The position numbers were made by a program, and so were the translations under genes. A model generated the notes under the pieces. The model saw only the letters and a program-made list of their open reading frames with translations, was not told the DNA's origin and ran no database searches. A stretch of 63,713 nt of DNA, counting the filler. It is 5 parts of 5 records of this genome, joined end to end, with 100 filler letters (N's around TTAATTAATTAA, not from the genome) between each part and the next. Parts side by side here need not be neighbours in the genome. Positions count along the whole stretch, not along the records: positions 35,937 to 49,182 come from SRR20825006_2472; positions 49,283 to 57,638 come from SRR20825006_2479; 3 more parts are not named here. The stretch is one strand, 5' to 3'. Below, one piece after another: positions 39,132 through 49,284 of the stretch (position 1 is the stretch's first letter; each line of letters opens with the position of its first letter).

Positions 39132-41399
39132 ATGGAGCAGTTTTATATTTTTATGTTGGTGGTACTTTTTGTATTGGCCATTACAGATTTAACAGTAGGT
39201 GTGAGTAACGATGCGGTGAATTTTTTAAATTCTGCCGTAGGTTCTAAAGCAGCGTCCCTTAAGACCATATTAATTATTGCTAGTATTGGGGTAGCAGTAG
39301 GAGCTATATTTTCGTCTGGATTGATGGAGGTTGCTAGGAAAGGTATTTTTAATCCGGGACAGTTTTATTTTGATGAAATCATGATCATCTTCATGGCCGT
39401 CATGATAACAGATATTTTGCTGTTGGATCTATTTAATTCACTTGCATTACCAACTTCTACCACAGTTTCTATTGTATTTGAACTGTTGGGCGCATCTGTA
39501 GCAATTTCTATTCTTAAAATTATAAAAGCTAATGATGCTATTGGGGCTTTAGGTAATTATATTAATGGAGATAAAGCCGCAGAAATTATCTTTGGGATTT
39601 TACTGTCGGTTGTTATTGCATTCATTGTAGGTGCTTTTGTACAATGGATTTCTAGATTTATCTTTTCTTTTCATTATGAAAAACGTATAAAATATGTTGG
39701 CGGAATCTTTGGGGGGATAGCTATAACTGCAATTACTTATTTTATTCTGATAAAAGGAATAAAGGGAGTTTCTGTAATTCCGCAATCTTTTTTAGATTTT
39801 ATTGATGGTAATAAATTATTAATAGTAGCTTTCTGTTTTGTTGTTTTTACAGGAATTTCGCAAATAATTATCAGCTTTACTAAACTGAATATTTTAAAAA
39901 TAATAATCCTTATTGGAACTTTTGCATTAGCATTAGCTTTTGCTGGAAATGATTTGGTGAATTTTATTGGCGTTCCAATTGCAGCATATCAGTCTTATGA
40001 ATTATGGCATGGAGCCTACCAAGCTTCTGGGGTTTTACCAACAGAATATACAATGAACAGCCTATCTGGGCAAGTGGAAACGCCAACTTATATGTTGATA
40101 TTGGCAGGTTTGGTAATGGTTGTTACGCTTTGGCTTTCTAAAAAAGCACGTTCGGTAATGTATACAGAAATTAATTTGGCAAGAAGTGGAGAGGGGTCAG
40201 AAAAATTTCAGCCTAATTTTTTATCTAGATTTATTGTACGCGCTTCTGTCAATTTAAATCAAGCTATAGCGGTAGTGCTTCCTGATGAAATCCAACAGCG
40301 TATTGAAAAGAGATTTTCAAAACCAGAAAGTAAAAGAACAAAAAAGAATGCAGATGAACCTGCGTTTGATATGGTTAGAGCAGCCGTAAATCTTATGGTT
40401 GCAAGTATTTTAATATCTATGGCAACATCCTTAAAGCTTCCATTATCTACCACATACGTTTCTTTTATGGTAGCAATGGGGACTTCTCTTTCCGATAAAG
40501 CTTGGGGTAGAGAAAGCGCTGTTTATAGAGTTGCTGGTGTTTTTAATGTTATTGGAGGCTGGTTTATAACGGCAATTGTAGCGTTTGTAGCGGCTGCAAT
40601 ATTTGCCACGGTTATTTATTATGGAAAAGGAATTGCACTAGTAGTTTTGTTGATTATTGCTGTATTATTAATTACTCGTAGCTTTTTAAGCTACAAGAAA
40701 AAGGAAAAGGAGAAAGAAGCAGCAATTCAAATTGATAGAACATCTCTAATTACAATTAATGAAATTATAAGCGATAGTTCCGATAATATCTCTAAAGTAA
40801 TAAGACGTATAAGCAAAGTTTATGGAGAAGTGGTAGATAATTTAGGTTTGCAAGATCTTAATAAACTTAAAAAATCTAAAAAACAACTCAGTAAATTAGA
40901 AGATGAAGTTGATACGCTTAAAAGTGACATCTTTTACTTTATAAAGTCTTTAGATGAAAGTTCTGTTGATGCTAGTAAATTCTATATCCTTACCTTAGAT
41001 TATTTACAAGACATGGTACAGTCTATAAGTTATATTACAAAAAATAGTTACTCGCATGTAAATAATAACCATAAGAATTTAAAATTTAATCAAATTAGAG
41101 ATCTTAAGAGAATTGATGAAAGATTGGAGGTTCTTTTTGAAAGAATAAAAGTTGATTTAGACGGAAATACTTTTGAAGATATTGGTTTTATTATTGAAGA
41201 TAAAAAAGAATTGCTTGATAATGTTTCAGCATTAATTCAGAAGCAAATAGACCGCATTCGAAGCACAGAAACGAGTCCGAAAAACACGAAGTTATATTTT
41301 AGTTTATTGTTAGAAACAAAAGACTTAATTACAGCTACTATTAATTTACTAACACTCTTTAAAGAGTTTCATGACGATTATAAGCGCATAAAAAGTTAA
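39132..41399 (+). CDS. PiT/PHO4 inorganic phosphate transporter with C-terminal helical (PhoU-like) domain
   Basis: GVSNDAVNF and AGNDLVNF signatures; LPTSTT and LPLSTT; long helical soluble tail. Confidence 0.88.
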   Translation: MEQFYIFMLVVLFVLAITDLTVGVSNDAVNFLNSAVGSKAASLKTILIIASIGVAVGAIFSSGLMEVARKGIFNPGQFYFDEIMIIFMAVMITDILLLDLFNSLALPTSTTVSIVFELLGASVAISILKIIKANDAIGALGNYINGDKAAEIIFGILLSVVIAFIVGAFVQWISRFIFSFHYEKRIKYVGGIFGGIAITAITYFILIKGIKGVSVIPQSFLDFIDGNKLLIVAFCFVVFTGISQIIISFTKLNILKIIILIGTFALALAFAGNDLVNFIGVPIAAYQSYELWHGAYQASGVLPTEYTMNSLSGQVETPTYMLILAGLVMVVTLWLSKKARSVMYTEINLARSGEGSEKFQPNFLSRFIVRASVNLNQAIAVVLPDEIQQRIEKRFSKPESKRTKKNADEPAFDMVRAAVNLMVASILISMATSLKLPLSTTYVSFMVAMGTSLSDKAWGRESAVYRVAGVFNVIGGWFITAIVAFVAAAIFATVIYYGKGIALVVLLIIAVLLITRSFLSYKKKEKEKEAAIQIDRTSLITINEIISDSSDNISKVIRRISKVYGEVVDNLGLQDLNKLKKSKKQLSKLEDEVDTLKSDIFYFIKSLDESSVDASKFYILTLDYLQDMVQSISYITKNSYSHVNNNHKNLKFNQIRDLKRIDERLEVLFERIKVDLDGNTFEDIGFIIEDKKELLDNVSALIQKQIDRIRSTETSPKNTKLYFSLLLETKDLITATINLLTLFKEFHDDYKRIKS

Positions 41400-41421
41400 G
41401 AAGTTTGCTATGAAGAAGAAT

Positions 41422-41452
41422 AAAGCCCGATTTAAATCGGGCTTTGTTTTTT
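41422..41452. terminator. Bidirectional terminator
   Basis: Perfect palindrome AAAGCCCGATTTAAATCGGGCTTT plus T-run, between convergent genes. Confidence 0.85.
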
Positions 41453-41475
41453 TAATATTTAAAATAAATTGTTGA

Positions 41476-42393
41476 TTACCCGTTAATGGCAACTACTTCA
41501 TTTACTTTATCTACTAGCATGCTTTTTAACATACTCTCAATTCCATTTTTTAAAGTGAATGTAGAAGAAGGACAACCGCTACATGCTCCCTGAAGAATTA
41601 CACTTACAGTTTTAGATTCTTCATCATACGATTGAAAAAGAATGTTTCCACCGTCACTAGCTACAGCAGGTTTTACATATTCTTCTAAAATGTCAATAAT
41701 TTGTTTAGAAGTATCATCCAAATTAGAAGTGTCTACGCTTTTATTGTTATTAGGAGTTTCTGCTGCATCTGTAGTCTTGCTTTGTGCGTTGTCAGATACT
41801 ATGTCTTTCCCTTCTTCAATGTGTAAACGAATGTATTCTCTTAATTCAACTACAATATCATCCCATTCCGCAATATCATACTTTAGAATAGAGATGTAAT
41901 TTTCGTCAATAAAAACTTCTTTAACAAAAGGAAAATGGAAAAGACCACTTGCTAAAGGAGAATCTTTAGCTTCTTCAATATTTTTAAATTCGTAGGTTGA
42001 TAAAACTAATTTTTTGTTGGAAACAAATTTTAAAGCAGCTGGATTTGGAGTGCTTTCTGCATAAATGGTTACTGGAACTTTAGAAGGAGTAGTATCATCT
42101 TCTATAATAACAGGTTCTCCAGAGTTTAAATAATTTTCAATCTGCTCAGCTACTTCATCTTGAACATCTGCCCACTCAACAATATCATAACGTTCTATAG
42201 CAACAAAATTACCAGAGATATATACTGTTTTTGTAAACGGAAGATAGAAAAGCTGCTTTGCCAAAGGCGAATTCTTAGCGTCGTCTACGTTTTTAAACTC
42301 ATAATTTTGCTTACGAGTTAAAAACTTATTGGCTTCAAACTTTATAATTGCTGGCCTATTTGTTGGCTGTATGTTTATTTTATATGGCTCCAT
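41476..42393 (-). CDS. Nfu/NifU-family Fe-S carrier (two Nfu_N domains + NifU C domain)
   Basis: Duplicated T.NP...KF...SPLA..LF..PF; VKPAVASDGG...LQGACSGCPSS. Confidence 0.92.
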   Translation of the reverse strand: MEPYKINIQPTNRPAIIKFEANKFLTRKQNYEFKNVDDAKNSPLAKQLFYLPFTKTVYISGNFVAIERYDIVEWADVQDEVAEQIENYLNSGEPVIIEDDTTPSKVPVTIYAESTPNPAALKFVSNKKLVLSTYEFKNIEEAKDSPLASGLFHFPFVKEVFIDENYISILKYDIAEWDDIVVELREYIRLHIEEGKDIVSDNAQSKTTDAAETPNNNKSVDTSNLDDTSKQIIDILEEYVKPAVASDGGNILFQSYDEESKTVSVILQGACSGCPSSTFTLKNGIESMLKSMLVDKVNEVVAING

Positions 42394-42478
42394 TTCATCG
42401 ATTTTGTTGCAAAATTACAAAACGTAACTCATCTTTTGATATCTTTGAGCCATTAACCTACCAAATAAAGGTACTTTC

Positions 42479-43474
42479 ATGAAGTTCTTTCAGAAAATCT
42501 ATTTTTCTTTACTTTTTTTACTTGTAACATCTTCCTATGCTCAAGAGGGAATCCCCGTGTATTTTGACTACCTATCCGATAATTATTACCTTGTATATCC
42601 ATCAATGGCTGGAGTTGGTCAAGGTGGAAAGGTTAGAATGACTGCAAGAAAGCAATGGTTTGATGTAGAAAAAGCGCCTGCATTACAAACACTCAATGCA
42701 CATATGAGAGTGGGCGATAGAAGTGGGGTGGGAGCTATATTATTTAATGATAGAAATGGATACCATTCTCAAACAGGAATGAAATTAACATATGCGCATC
42801 ACATTACGTTGTCCGAATATAGAGATGGAGTTAATCAATTATCGTTTGGAGTAAATGTAGGTTTTTTGCAAAGTAGGTTGGATGAGTCTGAGTTTGTTTC
42901 TATTATTCCAGATCCAATAATAACAGGTACTAGCAACAACGTAAATTATTTTAATGTTGATGTTGGGATGTCTTATAATTTTTTAGAGTTTTATGCTCAT
43001 TTTGCTGTTAAAAATATGTTGGGAAGCGGGAGAGATTTGTATTCTGCGGAAGAGATAGATAATGTAAGACGCTATTTGTTTTCTGCTGGTTATGTTTTTG
43101 GAAAATCTCAATGGCAATTTGAACCTTCTTTTCTATTTCAATTTTCAGAATATACAGAAGAGTCTGCTATAGATGTAAACGCAAAGGTATATCGAGAAAT
43201 GGATTTTGGTAAAATATGGGGAGGACTTTCATATCGGAGAAGTTTTGATGGCGCCGAATATGAAATTAACGGGAATTCTGGAAAACAAAAGTTACAATTA
43301 TTCACTCCAATAGTAGGTGTGAACATTAAACAATTTATGTTCTCATATAATTATTCGTATCAATCTGGAGATTTAAGATTTGATAATGGAGGGTTTCATC
43401 AAATAACTTTAGGATACAATTTCCTTCAAGGAAAACCACGTTATAAATGTAAGTGTCCTGCTGTAAATTATTAA
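42479..43474 (+). CDS. PorP/SprF family T9SS outer-membrane protein
   Basis: YPSMAG, ARKQW....AP..QT, LFNDRNG, TYAHHI, LSFG, GLSYR, HQITLGY. Confidence 0.9.
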   Translation: MKFFQKIYFSLLFLLVTSSYAQEGIPVYFDYLSDNYYLVYPSMAGVGQGGKVRMTARKQWFDVEKAPALQTLNAHMRVGDRSGVGAILFNDRNGYHSQTGMKLTYAHHITLSEYRDGVNQLSFGVNVGFLQSRLDESEFVSIIPDPIITGTSNNVNYFNVDVGMSYNFLEFYAHFAVKNMLGSGRDLYSAEEIDNVRRYLFSAGYVFGKSQWQFEPSFLFQFSEYTEESAIDVNAKVYREMDFGKIWGGLSYRRSFDGAEYEINGNSGKQKLQLFTPIVGVNIKQFMFSYNYSYQSGDLRFDNGGFHQITLGYNFLQGKPRYKCKCPAVNY

Positions 43475-43504
43475 ACTCCAAGTATCTTTGTAGAAATTCT
43501 AATT

Positions 43505-44020
43505 ATGATTATTAAAGAAGTAAATGGAAAGCATCCAGTTTTTGGCGCGGATATTTTTATTGCCGAAAATGCCACAATTGTTGGAGATGTATCAATGGGA
43601 GCTAATTGTAGTGTATGGTTTAATGCAGTAATTCGTGGAGATGTGCATTATATAAAAATAGGCGATAAGGTAAATATTCAAGATGGAGCAGTTATTCATT
43701 GTACCTATAAAAAACACCCTACTACTATTGGAAATAATGTCTCTATTGGTCATAATGCAATTGTTCATGGTTGTACCATAAAAGATAATGTGTTAATTGG
43801 AATGGGGAGTATTGTAATGGATAATTGCATTGTAGAAAGCAACTCTATTATAGCTGCAGGTGCTGTGGTTACTCAAAACACGCATGTAGAAGCGGGTTCT
43901 ATATATGCTGGCGTGCCTGCAAAAAAAGTAAAAGAAATTAGTAAAGATTTAAGTAAGAATGAAATTGAGCGTATAGCTAATAGTTATGTTATGTACGCTT
44001 CATGGTTTAAGGAGGATTAA
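43505..44020 (+). CDS. Gamma carbonic anhydrase family protein
   Basis: Hexapeptide repeats; WFNAVIRGD, NIQDG..IH, IGHNAIVHGC. Confidence 0.93.
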   Translation: MIIKEVNGKHPVFGADIFIAENATIVGDVSMGANCSVWFNAVIRGDVHYIKIGDKVNIQDGAVIHCTYKKHPTTIGNNVSIGHNAIVHGCTIKDNVLIGMGSIVMDNCIVESNSIIAAGAVVTQNTHVEAGSIYAGVPAKKVKEISKDLSKNEIERIANSYVMYASWFKED

Positions 44021-44152
44021 TTATAGCGGTTTATTTATAGCGGTTTTTATAATTAGTTTCTATTGAATGCCTCGTTGCTTGCCTTTATGCTAGTTAATTC
44101 TTTTTGAAATATAATTTCTATTTTTGCTGAAAACCTGTAAATAATAAAACAC

Positions 44153-45028
44153 ATGAATGCATATATTTTTCCTGGACAAGGAGCACAATTTGTTGGAATG
44201 GGACTTGATTTATACGAGAAATCCGATTTGGCAAAAGAATTGTTTGAACAAGCAAATGAAATATTAGGTTTTAAAATTACTGATATTATGTTTGAGGGTA
44301 CTACGGAAGATTTAAAACAAACTAAAGTTACTCAGCCAGCTGTATTCTTACATTCAGTTATATTAAGTAAAGTTATAGGGAATACATTTAATCCAGATAT
44401 GGTTGCTGGACATTCTTTAGGAGAACTTTCTGCTTTAGTTGCCAATAAAACTTTAAGTTTTGAAGATGGTTTGAAATTGGTGTCTCGTAGAGCATTGGCA
44501 ATGCAAAAGGCTTGTGAACTTAAGCCAAGTACAATGGCTGCTGTTTTAGGATTAGACGATACCATTGTTGAGCAAGTATGTAAAGAAATTGAAGGAGTGG
44601 TTGTGCCTGCAAATTACAATTGCCCTGGGCAACTTGTTATTTCTGGGGAAGTAGAAGCAATTAATGCAGCCTGTGAAGCACTTAAAGAAAAAGGAGCTCG
44701 TAGAGCTTTGGTTTTACCTGTTGGTGGAGCGTTCCATTCTCCATTAATGGAACCAGCTAGAGAAGATTTAGCAGCTGCCATAGAGCAAACAACTTTTAGT
44801 AAACCTATTTGTCCTGTTTATCAAAATGTAACTACAACAGCAGTTGTTAATCCGGATGATATTAAAAAGAATTTGATGGCTCAATTAACGGCACCAGTTA
44901 AATGGACTCAAAGTGTTGAGAATATGGTAAAAGATGGTGCATTATTATTTACCGAAGTTGGTCCAGGAAAAGTACTACAAGGACTGGTTAAAAAGATTCA
45001 TAGAGAGTCTGAGGTTGCTTCTGCTTAA
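44153..45028 (+). CDS. fabD: Malonyl-CoA:ACP transacylase
   Basis: FPGQGAQ, TQPA, GHSLGE, AFHS, EVGPG. Confidence 0.97.
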   Translation: MNAYIFPGQGAQFVGMGLDLYEKSDLAKELFEQANEILGFKITDIMFEGTTEDLKQTKVTQPAVFLHSVILSKVIGNTFNPDMVAGHSLGELSALVANKTLSFEDGLKLVSRRALAMQKACELKPSTMAAVLGLDDTIVEQVCKEIEGVVVPANYNCPGQLVISGEVEAINAACEALKEKGARRALVLPVGGAFHSPLMEPAREDLAAAIEQTTFSKPICPVYQNVTTTAVVNPDDIKKNLMAQLTAPVKWTQSVENMVKDGALLFTEVGPGKVLQGLVKKIHRESEVASA

Positions 45029-45161
45029 CATGTTGTAACTATTTGATATTGTGTTTAGTGGATTAACAACGAATTAACATTTTAAGTTAAAATTCCTTAA
45101 AGATACGTCAGAAAACACTTTGTGTACGTATATTAGAGTATAACCAAAAAACTTAAATATT

Positions 45162-45323
45162 ATGTTACGTTGGACAATCATTTTTTTAATAGTAGCAATT
45201 GTAGCTGCTGTATTTGGCTTTGGTGGAATTGCTGGAGCTGCTGCAGGAATTGCTAAAATATTATTCTTTGTATTTTTAGTGTTATTTGTAATATCACTTA
45301 TAAGTAGAATGACCAGAAGATAA
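45162..45323 (+). CDS. DUF1328/UPF0391 (YtjA-like) small membrane protein, not in the ORF track
   Basis: [53 protein letters not shown]. Confidence 0.93.
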   Translation: MLRWTIIFLIVAIVAAVFGFGGIAGAAAGIAKILFFVFLVLFVISLISRMTRR

Positions 45324-45360
45324 AAATAATTATAATTAATAACCATTAAAACTAAACAAC

Positions 45361-45549
45361 ATGAAAAAGATATTTTTAACTCTTGCATTAGTATTTTCAT
45401 TAACAGCTTTTACAACTAGTTGTAAAGAGAAGAAAGACACTCCTGCTGAACAAGTAGAAGAAGCAGTTGATGACGCTGGTGATAAAATTGAAGAAGGGGC
45501 AGAAGAAGTAGAAGATGAAATCGATGATATGACAGATGAAAACAAATAA
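45361..45549 (+). CDS. Small acidic lipoprotein
   Basis: MKK..TTSC lipoprotein signal; 11-residue-like acidic repeats (VEEAVDDAGDKIEEGAEEVED). Confidence 0.8.
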   Translation: MKKIFLTLALVFSLTAFTTSCKEKKDTPAEQVEEAVDDAGDKIEEGAEEVEDEIDDMTDENK

Positions 45550-45569
45550 ATTCATCAGTTTATAAAAAC

Positions 45570-45598
45570 AAAAAACCACGCATTTGCGTGGTTTTTTT
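45570..45598. terminator. Bidirectional terminator
   Basis: AAAAAACCACGCA-tt-TGCGTGGTTTTTT. Confidence 0.88.
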
Positions 45599-45618
45599 AT
45601 ATCAATTTTTTTTAAAAG

Positions 45619-45810
45619 CTAAGCTGTTAAAGTACAATCTTTACAGTCTTTAATAGTACCGTAATAAGTTTCTCTGTACTTGTGAATAGTTCGAAGCGGT
45701 ATTCCTAATAAATGTTTTCTAATATAAGTAACTTTAACACTTATACTTCCCATTTTCTTACTGTACCTTTTCTCTAATTTTGTTTTTCTTCTAATTTTTA
45801 TAAAAGCCAT
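45619..45810 (-). CDS. Small basic hypothetical protein with C-terminal CxxC
   Basis: 63 aa; converges on a bidirectional terminator; KYRETYYG...DCKDC. Confidence 0.65.
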   Translation of the reverse strand: MAFIKIRRKTKLEKRYSKKMGSISVKVTYIRKHLLGIPLRTIHKYRETYYGTIKDCKDCTLTA

Positions 45811-46281
45811 AATAGTTATTTGCTCACTTTGTGAGGTTTTAGAATGTTTCGACTGTACTGTCGAAATTGATTCATTTTCAATACCCTATAAAATTTGTAG
45901 AGTATATCGGTGGAACAAATATCGTTAATATTATGCTTAAAATCAAATAGTTATATTCTATGTTATTAATCTTACTAAAGATAAAATCTATAGTAAGTAG
46001 TTGTTTTTAATAAATTTATTGATAATTGTATGTTGTTTTGAGGAATTAATAAGGTTATTTTTTTTCTATAATCGAGCTTTGAAAGTTTCAAAGTCTACCT
46101 CTAAATATTTTTTAGATTTTCCTTTAAATGCCTCATCAGCTTGCTCCGAGATAGTTTCTATCTATTTTTTTCCTAATTTTGAATCATTGTTATCCGATAA
46201 AAGTAAATAGATTTTACTCTTTTTTTCTTGAAGGAAACGGGTCTTGTATCTTATATCAAATAAAAACTGAATAAAATTATT

Positions 46282-46779
46282 TTGAAAAGCATCATTCACA
46301 TAAAGTTATTTGTAATACGATGCTTTCTCATTTTAGGAGTTTTAATTTATCTATTGAGTCCTTTTAAAAGTTCAGTTTTTAATTTTTTACATTTTGTGAG
46401 TCACAAGGTAGAATTTTTTACAGAAAATGGACATAAAGAGTCAATGCATCACTCACACAATTTTCAATCGGTTAATCGTTTTGCATATAGTGGGTATCGT
46501 GGTCACGGCAGTAATTCAAATCATAAGCATTCAGCTAATAATAGTCATCATCATGGAGCGCTTTCTTTTATAGCATCGCTATTTATTTCCGTGAAAAATA
46601 AAAAGGAAGATGAAAGGAAATTGTTGTCTAACACTAAATTAGATGAACATTTGTTCTCCGAAATTTTTAATTTTTATCCTATTACGCTAATAATTTTTCA
46701 AGAAAAAGAATGGCGTCTAAATAGTACTTCTTATTATATTTCTATAGATGTAACTACACCACCTCCGCAAATAAGCTAA
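46282..46779 (+). CDS. His-rich membrane-targeted small protein ending in PPP (candidate regulatory uORF)
   Basis: Hydrophobic N-terminus; 12 His in the central part; C-terminal TTPPPQIS; upstream of a TBDR. Confidence 0.7.
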   Translation: MKSIIHIKLFVIRCFLILGVLIYLLSPFKSSVFNFLHFVSHKVEFFTENGHKESMHHSHNFQSVNRFAYSGYRGHGSNSNHKHSANNSHHHGALSFIASLFISVKNKKEDERKLLSNTKLDEHLFSEIFNFYPITLIIFQEKEWRLNSTSYYISIDVTTPPPQIS

Positions 46780-46902
46780 TTTATTTTTAAAGAGTTGTTT
46801 CTGTCTTATCAGTCCTTTCTTGCTTCGAGGGAATTGGGGTTTGATTTAAAGGCAAAAATGCGTATGTCTCAAAAGAAATACTAAATTCAAATAAGAATTA
46901 TA

Positions 46903-49131
46903 ATGAAAAAAATAATAACAGTATTTGTTATACTTGTTGTAAGTGTGTCTTATGCACAAAATTTATCGGGAAGAATTGTTGATTCTGAGGGGAACCCTCT
47001 TTCCGATGTTGGTGTTTTTAATAAAACATCTGGTAGTCATTCTCATTCTAATCAGAGTGGCACATATAGTTTGATAAAAACTTCTATAAAAGACTCTGTC
47101 TATTACTCTAGTTTAGGTTATAAAACAGTTTTGGTTGTGGTAGATGATGCCGATTTAAATCAGCAGAAAAATATTACTTTATCCCAAACTAATATTTCAT
47201 TAGAGCAAGTTGTTTTAGTGTCAGAAGTAAATACGTTAAGCAAGTTTGTAGATGTAGATATTCAAACAAACCCAGTAAAATCTTCTCAAGAAATATTAAG
47301 AAAAGTTCCAGGCTTAATTATTGGTCAGCATGCAGGAGGAGGGAAAGCAGAGCAAATTTTTTTACGTGGTTTTGATATTGACCATGGAACCGATGTTTCT
47401 ATAAATGTGGATGGAATTCCTGTAAATATGGTTTCTCATGCCCATGGGCAAGGGTATTCAGATTTACATTTTGTAATTCCAGAAACTATAGAAGGTATAA
47501 ATTTTGGGAAAGGTCCTTATTTTGCTAATCATGGAGATTTTACAACTGCAGGTTATATAGATTTAAATCTTAGAAAAATGCTCGATAATAATTTAGTTTC
47601 CTTGGAAGTTGGGCAGTTTAATACGAGTCGTTTTATGGGGATGTTAAAGGTTTTGGATACTGAAAAAAGTAATGCTTATGTAGCTTCAGAGTTGTATTTA
47701 ACAGATGGTCCTTTTAATAGTCCGCAGAATTTTAACCGGATTAATGTGATGGCTCGTTACAATTATAAATTAGCTGCAGATGAAGATTTAACCATTACAG
47801 CTTCTCACTTTCAAAGTAAATGGGATGCTTCTGGGCAAATTCCACAGCGTGCTGTAGACGAAGGTTTGATAGATAGATTTGGAGCAATAGACGATACCGA
47901 AGGCGGTGAAACTAGCAGAACTAATTTGTCGGTTAATCATTTTAAAGTTTTAGATGAAAATAGGGCTGTAAAAACAAAAGCCTTTATTTCTCAATATGAT
48001 TTTAATCTTTTTTCAAACTTTACATTTTACTTAGACGATCCAGTAAATGGAGATCAAATAGAGCAAAAAGAAAGTCGTGTAATTGTTGGAGCAGAGAGTG
48101 TATTTGAAAGAAATAATTATGAGTTAGGAAATAATATTCATTTTGAATACCAAGCAGGAGCTGGATTTAGATATGATAATGTGGACGATATGCAGCTTTC
48201 TCACACCTTAAATAGAATGGAAATTCTAGAGCGTTATGCCTATGGAGACGTGGACGAGGTAAATACATATGGTTTTGTTAATACCGAATTTAAAATTGGA
48301 AAATGGACCTTCAATCCTGCAGTACGATTGGATTATTTTAAGTTTGATTATTACAATAAGTTAACCGATGTTTATGATAATAAAAGTGAAAGTAAAGTAG
48401 CTGTAAGTCCTAAGCTAAACACTATTTTTTCGGTAAATTCTAATTGGCAGCTTTTTTTAAAAACAGGAATGGGCTTTCATTCTAACGATGCACGTGTGGT
48501 TGTTGCTAACCAAGGCGAAGATATTTTGCCAACTGCTTATGGAGCAGACTTAGGAACAATCTATAAACCCTTTAATAAACTGGCTTTAAATGCTACTTTA
48601 TGGTGGTTGTATTTAGACCAAGAATTTGTATATGTTGGAGATGCAGCTATAGTTGAGCCAAGTGGAGAAACACGTCGTTTAGGGGTTGATATTGGTGCTC
48701 GTTACCAAGTGCTACCTTGGTTGTATATTTATGCCGATGCAAATTATGCCCACGGAAGAAGTGTAAACGATCCTGATGGAGAAAATTATATTCCTTTAGC
48801 GCCAGATTTTACTACGGTAGGAGGAATTTCGGTTGAAAATTTAGGTAATTTTTCAGGAGCACTAACTTACCGATATGTAGATGATAGACCAGCAAATGAA
48901 GATAATTCTATTATTGCTGAAGGTTATTTTGTAACCGATTTTAATATTAGTTATTCTTGGAAAAATTGGACTTATGGTATCATAATCGAAAATCTTTTGG
49001 ATACAGAATGGAACGAAACACAATTTGCAACCGAAAGTCGTTTGTTTGATGAACCTGCTCCAGTAGAAGAAATCCATTTTACACCAGGAACGCCTTTTTA
49101 TCTAAGAGGAAAAATAACAGTAGCTTTTTAA
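46903..49131 (+). CDS. TonB-dependent receptor, putative metal (Ni/Co/Zn-type) transporter
   Basis: N-terminal carboxypeptidase-reg-like domain; plug QHAGGGKAEQIFLRGFDIDHGTD, SHAHGQGY; IHFTPG; C-terminal F. Confidence 0.9.
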   Translation: MKKIITVFVILVVSVSYAQNLSGRIVDSEGNPLSDVGVFNKTSGSHSHSNQSGTYSLIKTSIKDSVYYSSLGYKTVLVVVDDADLNQQKNITLSQTNISLEQVVLVSEVNTLSKFVDVDIQTNPVKSSQEILRKVPGLIIGQHAGGGKAEQIFLRGFDIDHGTDVSINVDGIPVNMVSHAHGQGYSDLHFVIPETIEGINFGKGPYFANHGDFTTAGYIDLNLRKMLDNNLVSLEVGQFNTSRFMGMLKVLDTEKSNAYVASELYLTDGPFNSPQNFNRINVMARYNYKLAADEDLTITASHFQSKWDASGQIPQRAVDEGLIDRFGAIDDTEGGETSRTNLSVNHFKVLDENRAVKTKAFISQYDFNLFSNFTFYLDDPVNGDQIEQKESRVIVGAESVFERNNYELGNNIHFEYQAGAGFRYDNVDDMQLSHTLNRMEILERYAYGDVDEVNTYGFVNTEFKIGKWTFNPAVRLDYFKFDYYNKLTDVYDNKSESKVAVSPKLNTIFSVNSNWQLFLKTGMGFHSNDARVVVANQGEDILPTAYGADLGTIYKPFNKLALNATLWWLYLDQEFVYVGDAAIVEPSGETRRLGVDIGARYQVLPWLYIYADANYAHGRSVNDPDGENYIPLAPDFTTVGGISVENLGNFSGALTYRYVDDRPANEDNSIIAEGYFVTDFNISYSWKNWTYGIIIENLLDTEWNETQFATESRLFDEPAPVEEIHFTPGTPFYLRGKITVAF

Positions 49132-49182
49132 GGAGCTATTTATTGTTATAACTTTTAAATCTCTCATTGAGGGTTTTATTCC

Positions 49183-49282
49183 NNNNNNNNNNNNNNNNNN
49201 NNNNNNNNNNNNNNNNNNNNNNNNNNTTAATTAATTAANNNNNNNNNNNNNNNNNNNNNNNNNNNNNNNNNNNNNNNNNNNN
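49183..49282. other. Artificial contig linker
   Basis: 44 N + TTAATTAATTAA + 44 N; abrupt AT-to-GC switch. Confidence 0.99.
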
Positions 49283-49284
49283 AT

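Noticed and set aside
45074-45545. Minus-strand ORFs of 108 aa and 69 aa
   Set aside because: Antisense shadows of the DUF1328 gene and the small lipoprotein
45990-46230. Possible decayed minus-strand gene (QEKKSKIYLLLSDNNDSKLGKK*IETISEQADEAFKGK...) and the 69-aa plus ORF
   Set aside because: Protein-like but has internal stops and no recognisable family; cannot be supported without a BLASTx search
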